A stretch of 62,834 nt of DNA, the filler included, from Octopus bimaculoides (taxonomy: Eukaryota): assembly GCF_001194135.2 (NCBI RefSeq). It is 5 parts of 5 records of this genome, joined end to end, with 100 filler letters (N's around TTAATTAATTAA, not from the genome) between each part and the next. Parts side by side here need not be neighbours in the genome. Positions count along the whole stretch, not along the records: positions 37,206 to 54,259 come from NW_026390614.1; positions 54,360 to 62,834 come from NC_068987.1; 3 more parts are not named here. The stretch is one strand, 5' to 3'. A model generated the notes under the pieces. It saw only the letters and a list, made by a program, of their open reading frames with translations. It did not search any database and had not been told where the DNA came from. Below are positions 52,966-62,834 of this stretch, one piece after another. Numbering within the stretch: the stretch's first letter is position 1; every line of letters begins with the position of its first letter. The position numbers were made by a program, and so were the translations under genes.

Positions 52966-53306
52966 AACGGGTCCTTTACGAAATATTTACCGATAAATTG
53001 TCAGTTACCAAAACCTGTTACATTGTTCCTTACGCACATTCAAGCGGATAACTATGCTAGCATGTATCTCTCCACTGTAATATTAAAATAACCGATTCGT
53101 AGATACGTTGACTCCGCCTCCTTTATCCATGCTATATAGAAATCCAAATGTACTTTTATGCCTGTCACAAATATAAGTGATCACGCAAGTTTCTATCACC
53201 CAAGAAAAACTTCTTTCTCTCTCCCGCTTCTCCTCTCAGTGTTTCTTTTTATCTCTGTTTTTCGCCATTGCCAGGAGTTATTTTGAAACTAGTCGCGAGA
53301 ATCAAC

Positions 53307-53343
53307 ATGGACGCTATTCTAACAATTCTTCTGCTATTCACAG
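53307..53343 (+). CDS. Candidate first coding exon with a signal-peptide-like start MDAILTILLLFT(G)
   Basis: caacATGG context; CAG|gtaatt phase-1 donor; long pyrimidine tract with a gccag| acceptor at 53274. Confidence 0.55.
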
Positions 53344-53889
53344 GTAATTAACTATGTTCTTTTTTTTTCTTTAAAAGCATTCGCTCGTTACACTGAAAAT
53401 GTTAAGAGTTACATTTAGTTTTTTTCTATTTAAACTTTATGAATTCTAAATTAATGTTATTTTCCAATTTAATCTGAAGTGTTGCAGGTCTCTCTTTATT
53501 AAGTAGCTCTACGATGTTTATATAATGTAGTTTGATCATTATTCGGTAAATTTTCAAGGTAAATTTTCAGATTAACACCCGCACGATTTTCACTAAGGTG
53601 TTAGGGTTAGTGTTTTAGGGTTAGGGTTACGGACGGAATTGACTATTTTTTTTGTTGTCATTACTATATATTCTTAAACATTTGGCGTATGCAGTCATCT
53701 TCATAGCACCTTATTTTTACTCTTTTATTTGTTTTAGTCATTTGACTGCGGCCATGCTAGAGCACCGCCTTTAGTCGAACAAATCGACTCCAGGACTCCT
53801 CCTTTGTAAGTCTAGTACTTATTGGATCGGAATCTATTGCCGAACCGCTAAGTAACGAGGGCGTAAACAGACAAACATACACACATCTG

Positions 53890-53932
<43 letters not shown>

Positions 53933-54259
53933 AACAGTATCGATCATATTATAGTGTTGTGTAGTCGATGTGTCACCCATTGTAACGATAAGTATTATTT
54001 ACCAATTGTACTGGTTATAAGATGAACGATGAAGATGATCAACATTTTTATAGAAATATTTATTTACCGTTACTTGCATAGTTGCCATACCACGACGGGT
54101 AGGTTAGTGTAATAGTATAACAGTTTGTACGTAAAGCATACAAGGTAAAGAATTTCGGCCTGTATCTGTATGTACACTTTCTCATAGTAGTAGATATATA
54201 TATATATATATATACGTATAGGGAGAGAATTTACAAAAAAAAACAAAAGACGAAGACAA

Positions 54260-54359
54260 NNNNNNNNNNNNNNNNNNNNNNNNNNNNNNNNNNNNNNNNN
54301 NNNTTAATTAATTAANNNNNNNNNNNNNNNNNNNNNNNNNNNNNNNNNNNNNNNNNNNN
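54260..54359. other. Artificial scaffold spacer
   Basis: 44N-TTAATTAATTAA-44N. Confidence 0.95.
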
Positions 54360-54836
54360 ATGAAATCATTTTCAAGAGAGGAGATAATAATGAAAATTAC
54401 AAAGTTACAAAGTATGAATTTAAGAATTTATAAAATTACACGCACGTAAATGCATATTTTGCACATTGTTGCAAATTTCAAAAGAATATTGAAACTTAAG
54501 TGTTTATAGATTGCATTTAGGAAACCTAGTTTTACTGTATTGCATCATAATTGAAAAGCAAATAGTTATAGTTATGCATGGTTTTGGGGAATATGAAGCA
54601 GGTGAACGAATCATACCATTGTTTGACAACATTAAAGCTATGAATTACAGCTACATAGTTGTCCATGCCAATGATATTATATGAATTCGTATGAAATGAA
54701 ACGATCACATACTATTGGAAGTATTGTTAGAGTAAACATAAAAATGATATACTGTATATTCATAACATCTGTTATGGAAAATGACTTTGTAATTAGATTT
54801 TCTTTGTATAATAATACGTATTTTATATATTTTTAG

Positions 54837-54866
54837 GTGGAACCACTAATGCTACAACTACAAAAG
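54837..54866 (+). CDS. Symmetric phase-1 micro-exon, 30 nt: (G)GTTNATTTK
   Basis: tttttag| and AAG|gtaatt; stop-free, with an N-A-T sequon. Confidence 0.6.
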
Positions 54867-56572
54867 GTAATTGATGCTCGTACATAATTATGTTATTACT
54901 GAAAAAAATTTATAATTATAATATTCAACGGTTGAATCATAATTTCTTGGGGTAACAACATGACAGAATCTTTAACAGGTATAACAAATCCATAAGCACC
55001 TCGTCGTCTATCTCCTTTCGGTATATGTTGAAATGCCGGCTAGATTATCATTGTATTACCTCCTGTCGAAGGCAATGAAATAAAGTCGCACTCAACCATC
55101 TCGTTCCATGGAAACTATTGAATAGACGCCCAGAAAATTGCTGGACCTGTGCCCATATTTGCAGTAATTTATATTTTCATTACCAACTATTTTAAAATAA
55201 GAAAATATTTATGTTTTGACATGTAAATATCATAAAGAGGTGCCAAACAATAAGTACTGGTGTATGTTGCTATATATTGATACCTATTTGAAAGTCATTT
55301 TACAGAATGTTATATGTTGCCATGCATTGATGTATAATTTATTGTAAATCAGTGATTGAACTCTAGGAAACCGCGCTTCACAGACATTGCCAGTAATAAA
55401 TATTTATTTCTCACATGGATATGCTGTCTCAGTTTTGGAAGTGGTTAGTATAATGAATGGAATAGAAAGCCAACAATGATAACAGATTTACGATAATTAA
55501 GCGGAACTAGAACTGAAATTCTCTAAGACGTGAAAGGGAGTTCGGTGATTGATTGATTGATTGATGTATTTACGGTCATAGGAATTTGGAGAAATACAGA
55601 ATTTTCTAGAAAGATTGTAAGTGAAGAAATCTCACCCAATTTGTGAAAGTCATATTTCTTCAAGAACTCTTATCGTAATTGTCAGTGAAATCATTTTCAT
55701 AAAAGAGGAGATAATGAAAGTAACAAAGTATGTATTTTACGTTGTTACAAAGTTATACGTACGTTTGTGTAGTTTTTACATATTCCAGTAAAGCTTGAAA
55801 TAGTATTGAATCTTAATTGTTTATAAATTGCATTTAACAGACTAGATTTACTATGTTGCTTTATAATTTTAAATGAAATAGTTATAGTGATGCATGGTTT
55901 CGGGGAAGAGGAAGCAATTGAACAAATTCAGCGACACCATTAACGCTATACCTCACAACATGCGTTATACCTTCGTGCTGTAACGTTAGATTATTAATAT
56001 CTTTTGTATGATGAATAGCACACAAAACTGTAATGAGCGTAGAGAAATATCTGATGCAGATATTAAATGATAATTCTGTATAAAGTAAAGTGGATGTTAC
56101 TCGTGCTGTATGTCCCAATACCGACTACTTAGTTTGTTGTATAAGGTAAATAACTGAGATAACTTCATGATAAAACAGAATGTCATGTCTTTTATATAAT
56201 CAGATATATGTAATTAACAAACTAACAATATTTATTCTTTATTAAATGCCAATAATATATTCTTTGTGTATTATTTGCGATGTCTACCATGAACTAAATT
56301 TCATTATCGTACCTATGTCATGGCCATAGGAATAACGCTTATAGTATCGCTTATTCATCAGAATGATTTTCATTGGAAACTACCTTTTTCTAATCTTGAG
56401 GTATTGTTCTCTATTTCAATTACATTACATTGAATGACACGATGTCATACCATTGAAGATATTATTAAACATAAACATATAAAAATACATTATATATTCA
56501 TAGTATCTATTACGGAATATGATATTTGTCGTCGGATTTTGTTCGTGTAATAGGAATTTTCTTTAGTTACAG

Positions 56573-56605
56573 GTACGCAAACTACTGAGACATCTCAGAA
56601 AACAG
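56573..56605 (+). CDS. Symmetric phase-1 micro-exon, 33 nt: (G)TQTTETSQKT, GC donor
   Basis: ctttagttacag| and CAG|gcaaat; positional paralogue of 54837-54866. Confidence 0.5.
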
Positions 56606-57959
56606 GCAAATTAAACTCGTATATAAATATGAATTTAATGATGCTCCCAGTCACAACAAAATATTCAATGAATTTTTTAGATTGTTATATTCATCATTGT
56701 ATTGATAGTTTCATGAGGTAACGAGCTTACATTTGTTAACGCGTTCGAGAAAAAAACTGAGCAGCTCATACTCCGTATACTTTCGGTCTGCATTGTAACA
56801 CCGCCGAAACATTCATTACCTAACATCCTGTCGGAGGCAGTAAAATGAAGTCGTACTCAAATATTTGGGTCAATGTAATCGATTAAACCAATCACCCTAA
56901 ATTTTGCCGGAATCGTGTCCGAATTTAAAGTTATCTTCTTTGACTACTATATAATTACAACAATAATTATGTTATGAATTGTGGCAAAAAATATAGAATG
57001 GTGTTAAACACTTCATATCGATGTATGTTGCTATATATTATTATATAGCTGTAAATTACTTTAAAGAAAGTTATATGGGGATATGGTCAGAACATTGAAG
57101 CATAATTTATTGTAAATCAATGTTCGAAATTTGGAGAAAACTGTGCCTCTAATAACTATTTATTACTTACATCGACAACATGTCTCAGTTTAGGAAGTGG
57201 TTAGTATAATGAATGGAATAGAAAGCCTATAATAGATTTACTATTATTTAGAAGAGGTAAAACTGAAATTGTCTAAGATGTATACAGGTTTAAGGTGAAT
57301 GATTGATTTGAATACTGATGACACTGTACTTGCAGTCATAGGAATGGCGTAAAAAATAGAATTGTCTAGAAAGGCTATAAGTTAAGAGATCTGTTTGAGT
57401 TTATGAAACATTTTTCATTACGAACTCTTACTATAATCATTAGTGAAAATATTTACAATAGAGGAGATGATAATGAAATTTCACAAAGTATGAAATTTAC
57501 GTATTTAACAAATTACATGCACATATGTATAGATTTTCGATGTTGTCGTAATTTTAAAAGATAGGATTCAAACTCAAGTGTTTATAAATTACAAACTCTA
57601 CTCCAAGTTCTTAGCGATGCCAGTTTGTAAGGGATCGACATAGTGCTGGTGCCTCTAATGAAAGCAGCAAGTACTCACGGCAGAATGGATCGATAAATTG
57701 AACAGGAATAACGCTGGTTTGATTGGACATTTTCTACATACAAGAGCAAGAGACACTCGATAGGCAGGTTAAAAGTGCAACCTATACCCTCTCAATGGAA
57801 TCAATTCCTGTAATTAAGCTTGAATGAATCTATATTATATCATTGAAGATACTAATAGATCAAACATAAAAATATATATTTCATACTTATAATATGTATT
57901 ACTGTGTATGTTTTCTTAATCAGATTTACTTATTATAAAATGTATTTTCTATAATTTCG

Positions 57960-57993
57960 GTCAGAGACACTTCTGATATCAAGAACAAAACAG
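57960..57993 (+). pseudogene. Decayed paralogous micro-exon (acceptor AG>CG; ...DTSDIKNKT, GC donor)
   Basis: Homologous position in the third unit; 34 nt from the mutated acceptor, or 27 nt from a cryptic GAG. Confidence 0.4.
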
Positions 57994-59329
57994 GCGAATG
58001 TTGCTCCTATATAACTCTATTAATATTGACTGAATTTTACAATTATAACATTATTTCTTCTATTGATAGTTTCCTGAGGTAACGAGCTGATAGTAATCGT
58101 TAATGAGTCGAACAATATGCTGAGCAGCTCATCCTCCGTTTCCTTTCGTTGTACGTTCAAATGCCGCCAAAATGATTATTGCCTTTCATCCTGTCGGAGG
58201 CGGTAAAATAAAGTCGCACACTTTTTGGGTCAATGTAATCAGTTAAACAATTTTAATTACGTAAACAATTTTAACCTGTAAAACATTTTAATGTTATGAG
58301 CTGTCAGAATAGTTAGCACTAGGAGAAAGTGTTGAGCCGCACTTCTTGGGTCTCTCTCCGTTATGCGTTCAAAAGTGCGAGGCCAACTTTGCTTATCATA
58401 CTCTCGTTCGCGATAAATTTAAGTCGCAGGCAAGTACAGAGTGCGATGTAATTCATTAGACTACGCTGACCGAAAATTGCTGGATCTGTGCAAAAATTTC
58501 AAGCAGCTGATCATTTCATGTCCAACTGTAATAAAAATGTGTTACTAAATATTTTGTGACATGTTGCATATATCGTACACTGAGGTATGACAATATAAAT
58601 TTGTTACTATATTACTGTACGTATCTGCACACTACTTTATGACAGTTATGTAGGGACTTGTTCCGATATTGAAATATGCTTTATTGTGAAACATTAAAAT
58701 TAGATTGAAACATTAAAATAACAAAGAATAATAGATGACATACAACTACTATATTACAGTTTGCGATTTGAGAACTGTCAGATATTCGCTCAATACCATA
58801 TATGAAGTTAAATGCAACAGAAACTAGCGATAGTTTTGTTGTTTCCTGGAACGGAAGAATATGTTATATGAGTCCGTGTTTGAATCGGCACAACCAGAAA
58901 CGCAAAACAATAATTAACAATTATCTTGTGTCGTTTTTTATTTGAACAGGATTGTTATATATCTTTAGGAATTCTTCATGATATGATAGTGTGAGATAAT
59001 TCTGCAAATAGTTTAGTTATATTTAGGATGAAATATTTTGCTGTATCTTTTGTATTCATGACAAGTGAATGAAACGACCAATGAACAATCTATTTTTAAG
59101 TCCTTCATTGAATTCTATATATTAAGTTCATCAGATATTTGCTAAAGTAAATATCTTCATTTTAGGATATGATCATAATAACGCATTTCATAGAATTTGT
59201 AACCAGTCGCGAGATATTTCGGAACAGTGAAAATTAGTCCCTCGCTTAAACAGAGAGGACATGGCCTTCTTAAATCTTTTTTCAGAAAGAGCAGATTAAA
59301 AGACAATCCTTGTTAGATTCGAAGTCCAG

Positions 59330-59870
59330 TCTTCACGCTAATATCCCCCTGTGTATTAGGATCAGAAGTAGTAGAACTCTGGATTAACAAATACCCATGA
59401 ATAATTCAGGAGAAATTTCCTAAAATTTTGTACTTGAATGATTTCGATTCGGACTAGAAAACTACTTTTCTGATAACCAACATTGCCTAGAAATACAAAA
59501 CAGAACAAAAGTCGTGCTAACGTTTGCCTCACAAACAATGTGACTTCTGGAAGAAAAAATTCTATACTCTCTCTGGAATTCCGTTTGATCAGCATTTCCA
59601 ATCCTATTTAACGGGAGACTGGAAAAGATTCCAGGATGAATGTTTCATATTTTTGAACAAAAGTAAGGAGAACTTTTCAAGATGCCTCAGTTTAATAAAC
59701 GGCATTTATGAATCGATCCAGTTCACTATGGAACTGAATGCAAAGAAGCTTCCTTTTCTGGTTACTCTGACAGTTAAAGAAAATGAAATGATTATAACCG
59801 TTTTCTACTGCAAGAACTCAGACACATGAAATTATATACATTTTAGCTCTTGCTACCCGTCACAGAAAAC
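59330..59870 (+). mobile_element. Penelope-like element RT relic
   Basis: WKRFQDECFIF...INGIYESIQFTMELNAKKLPFL...YCKNSDT*NYIHFSSCYP matches the PLE RT C-terminus. Confidence 0.8.
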
Positions 59871-59874
59871 TAAA

Positions 59875-59975
59875 TAAATCGATGAAATAAGTACCAGTTA
59901 CGCACTGGTTTCGATGTAATTGACTAGCCCCCTTCCTCCACATTTCAGGTCCTGTGCATATAGTAGAAAGGATTA
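59875..59975 (+). mobile_element. MetaSINE-like 3' half
   Basis: gatgaaataagtaccag...gtagaaaggattatt. Confidence 0.75.
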
Positions 59976-60848
59976 TTAAACAGATTTTATAATCATAATA
60001 TTTAGAAGAATAGTTTTGGTTGCTTTGCTCGAGACGTTTCCGTTGAAACTACAGAAATACAATTTAAGATTGCAAATTTGTTAGGTATTGTTCCAAAGAC
60101 ATATGAAGGTGGAATCATCAGCTGTTAGTGACAGATTTTGCTGATGCCTGGACTGGGTGAAATGTGTTTATGAATGAACAGTGTGAAGTGTCATTCTTAC
60201 AATCCAGTCATACAAAACATTATGAGAGGAACATTATACCACAGACCTTCACCTGTATTAAGTTACATGCTTTCTATCGATGAATTGAATTTATACCACA
60301 GGTTAAATATATTTTGTGTACCGAATGGGCAACTTAATATTCATCATATATTATACAGATCGATTGCGAGATATCAGAAATTTCTGTTCTCATGCTGTCT
60401 CCTCTTTGAACAGGATTGCCATATATTTTGAGGAATTATTCATCATATGATGATGACATGAGTTAACACGGTAGTTACGTTTACGGTGAACCAGTGTCAT
60501 TTCCTTCGTATAGTTTACGGTCGAAATATTATGAAACGAACAATACTTTCTCCATTTTCATGTCGGTTTTAACTCTGTGTGTTTCCAACAGACATATGAT
60601 AAACTAAAAATCTTCCGTATGGTACATAGCCTCATAGTAACATATTGCATTTTGGAGATATTCACTGGACATTTACGGAGTTTCTATTCATGGTTTTTAT
60701 TTGAGCATATTTGCCACAATTTTAATTGATTATTTTACTGTATGATATATAATCTGAAACGTTATGAGACAAAGCAGAAATATATATTTGTCTTATTAAA
60801 TAGAGTTTCATAGTTTGAACATAACATGTATCTGTCTGCATTTTCCAG

Positions 60849-60884
60849 GATCAGGTGCAGCTGCAAGCTTTGAAAATCCAAAAT
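60849..60884 (+). CDS. Symmetric phase-1 micro-exon, 36 nt: (G)SGAAASFENPK
   Basis: gcattttccag| and |gtaagt; strong sites, stop-free. Confidence 0.65.
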
Positions 60885-61764
60885 GTAAGTAATGCTTATA
60901 AATGCATGTACTATTATCCTTTATATCTTACATTCGTGTTGTTTATAATTTCGTTAATGGATTCATTCATATCTTTAATAATAATAGTAAAATATCTTTT
61001 TAATGAAATGTTATATATCAAATGTCATTATATATAACTGTTACAACAAATTTGTATTGCTATTTATTTATATATACGTGAGGTTGAAATTTGCTTTGAT
61101 GAAAATATTATGTTGAATTTTGAAAATAATTTCTTGACATGACGGTGAATTATTGATTGAAGCAATATATCAATATGAAATAGTGGAAGTTGTGCATTAC
61201 TCTCATTGAATCTAATAGAAATTAATTTCGAACAACTACATCGTGTTAAAAATTAGTAAACTTAAGATCAATATCTACGAATAGAAGGAAATCTACAGCT
61301 TTTAATTTATTTATTTGCACTAAAATTTAAAGTGTAGTCTATGAGTGAGTAGGTGAAATGAATGTTTTAACTTCAGAACAATAAGCATTTAGCCGTAATG
61401 TGAATTTCGGCAAATGTAGTATCTTATTCTATGATTTTTATTCTCAAAATACCTTTCAAACTAAAAAAAACATTTAATATACTTGATTTTCACTTACTAT
61501 AAATACCAATGAAATTATTTAATTCATAATAGATTAAAAGGAAATTTTAAGAATTATAAAAATTACGTACGATTACTTAGCATATCTAGAATTGCTGCTT
61601 TCTAGCGTTTCATTTTTATTTCGTGAAATATGCACAGGTTTGAATTGGCAAGAAGAATCATTTATGTGAAATGTTTGCAAGTGAATTTATCGGATTTTGA
61701 ACTTATGTAAACGTTTTCATCATTATAGCCAGTTGACAATTGATGAAGTCGTTATATGAGTAGA

Positions 61765-61773
61765 AAATTGATG

Positions 61774-61842
<69 letters not shown>

Positions 61843-62340
61843 TCCTTGATGCAGTACCAGGCAGTGGCTTTCATAGATTTTCATCTTAACTGACTCGAAA
61901 TGCTATCATGTACATTGTGCTGTCTCGGTATAAAAGATGGGCTACAGCGAATATTCTGCACTACCATAGATTTGCTTGTCAGTTGTTTCATCTTAACCAG
62001 TTGAACATGTCCCTTAGTGCGTGACGATATGTGCATCTCTGATCATGAGCAGAAGGAGTAGGGGAGCATCATAGCCATGTGTTGAGAGGAATTCTTTGGG
62101 GTTTGGATAATTCACCTTTGGAAACATGGGTGTTTCGTTCAACATCCTTAAACAACCCTTATTCTGGGGCCTTTTGATCAGGATGGGCTACTCGACCTGA
62201 AGAAAATTCTAACTGGGCTCCTCGGGAAGGTCATGCGGTGTTAATCTTAGTATGAGATCACCATGTCACACACATATGGTTGTGATGCATGTGCCTGGTA
62301 TACCCTTATCAGACAGGTAGTCATGATGTGTCTCTTTGAT
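61765..62340 (-). mobile_element. Dispersed retroposon-like repeat with a (TTA)n tail
   Basis: GC-richer body abutting a (AAT)n array; family not assigned. Confidence 0.5.
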
Positions 62341-62362
62341 GGCATGCACTGCTCTCTCACTC

Positions 62363-62404
<42 letters not shown>

Positions 62405-62405
62405 A

Positions 62406-62463
<58 letters not shown>

Positions 62464-62479
62464 TAATAATAATAATAAT

Positions 62480-62703
62480 AATAATGATCCTTTCTTCTGG
62501 AAGCAGAAGGCTACAAATTTTGGAGGAAGGAATAAAGTCGATTACATCGACCACAGTGCCTAACTGGTACTAATTTTATCGGCCCCGAAGGATGAAAGGC
62601 AAACTCAACCTCGGCGGATTTTGAATTCAGAAGGTACCGACGGGCGAAATACCGCTAAGCATTTCGTCCAGTGTGCTAAAGATTCTGCCAGCTTGCCGTG
62701 TTC

Positions 62704-62768
<65 letters not shown>

Positions 62769-62834
62769 GGCCTGAAATTGTGGGGAGGGGGATAGTCAAT
62801 TACATCGACCCCAATACTCAAATGGTACTTGATT
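62480..62834 (-). mobile_element. Two tandem MetaSINE-like copies separated by (AAT)n
   Basis: Same family as 17350-17570. Confidence 0.8.

Larger units (their letters stand above)
54360..59000 (+). repeat. Diverged tandem exon-intron units (A 54360-55684, B 55685-57442, C from 57443, partial D)
   Basis: Colinear shared blocks such as tgaaatcattttca..gaggagataat and cctgtcggaggc.gtaaaat.aagtcg, plus a 47-mer. Confidence 0.85.

Noticed and set aside
53489-53520. gttgcag|gtctctctttattaagtagc, which would extend the signal peptide (GLSLLSSS)
   Set aside because: No credible phase-1 donor (only aa|gtagct); attractive but unsupported.
55425-55520. snoRNA in the repeated introns
   Set aside because: No convincing RUGAUGA C box or H/ACA architecture.
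59950-59975. catttcag|gtcctgtgc as another micro-exon
   Set aside because: It is the 3' end of a SINE and has no donor.

Overview
AT-rich, microsatellite-dense animal genomic DNA. Its repeat families (tRNA-derived SINEs, RTE LINE with a (GAT)n tail, mariner relics, TTAA MITEs) look like those of Octopus or another coleoid cephalopod; this assignment is from recognition, not a search. Four identical 100-bp spacers (44N-TTAATTAATTAA-44N) cut the window into five pieces whose true adjacency is unproven: 1-7331, 7432-13692, 13793-37105, 37206-54259 and 54360-62834. Piece 3 holds eleven in-phase minus-strand exons of PEX1 (828 codons, N-domain to the start of D2); exon 1 and the D2/C-terminal exons were not found. 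Piece 4 holds a spliced DUF4806-like pseudogene. A ~3.5-kb RTE LINE is inserted exactly at one of its splice acceptors, and an inverted duplicate preserves the pre-insertion site. Piece 4 also has a Gypsy integrase relic and a signal-peptide-like exon. Piece 5 consists of tandemly duplicated exon-intron units carrying symmetric phase-1 Thr/Ser-rich micro-exons, some with GC donors or decay, plus a 47-nt intronic element far more conserved than its flanks. This candidate micro-exon gene is the most novel-looking feature. Other notable structures are a 1.3-kb foldback in a PEX1 intron, a 64-nt near-perfect hairpin and a PHD finger within the RTE ORF. All gene models were translated by hand and lack transcript support.
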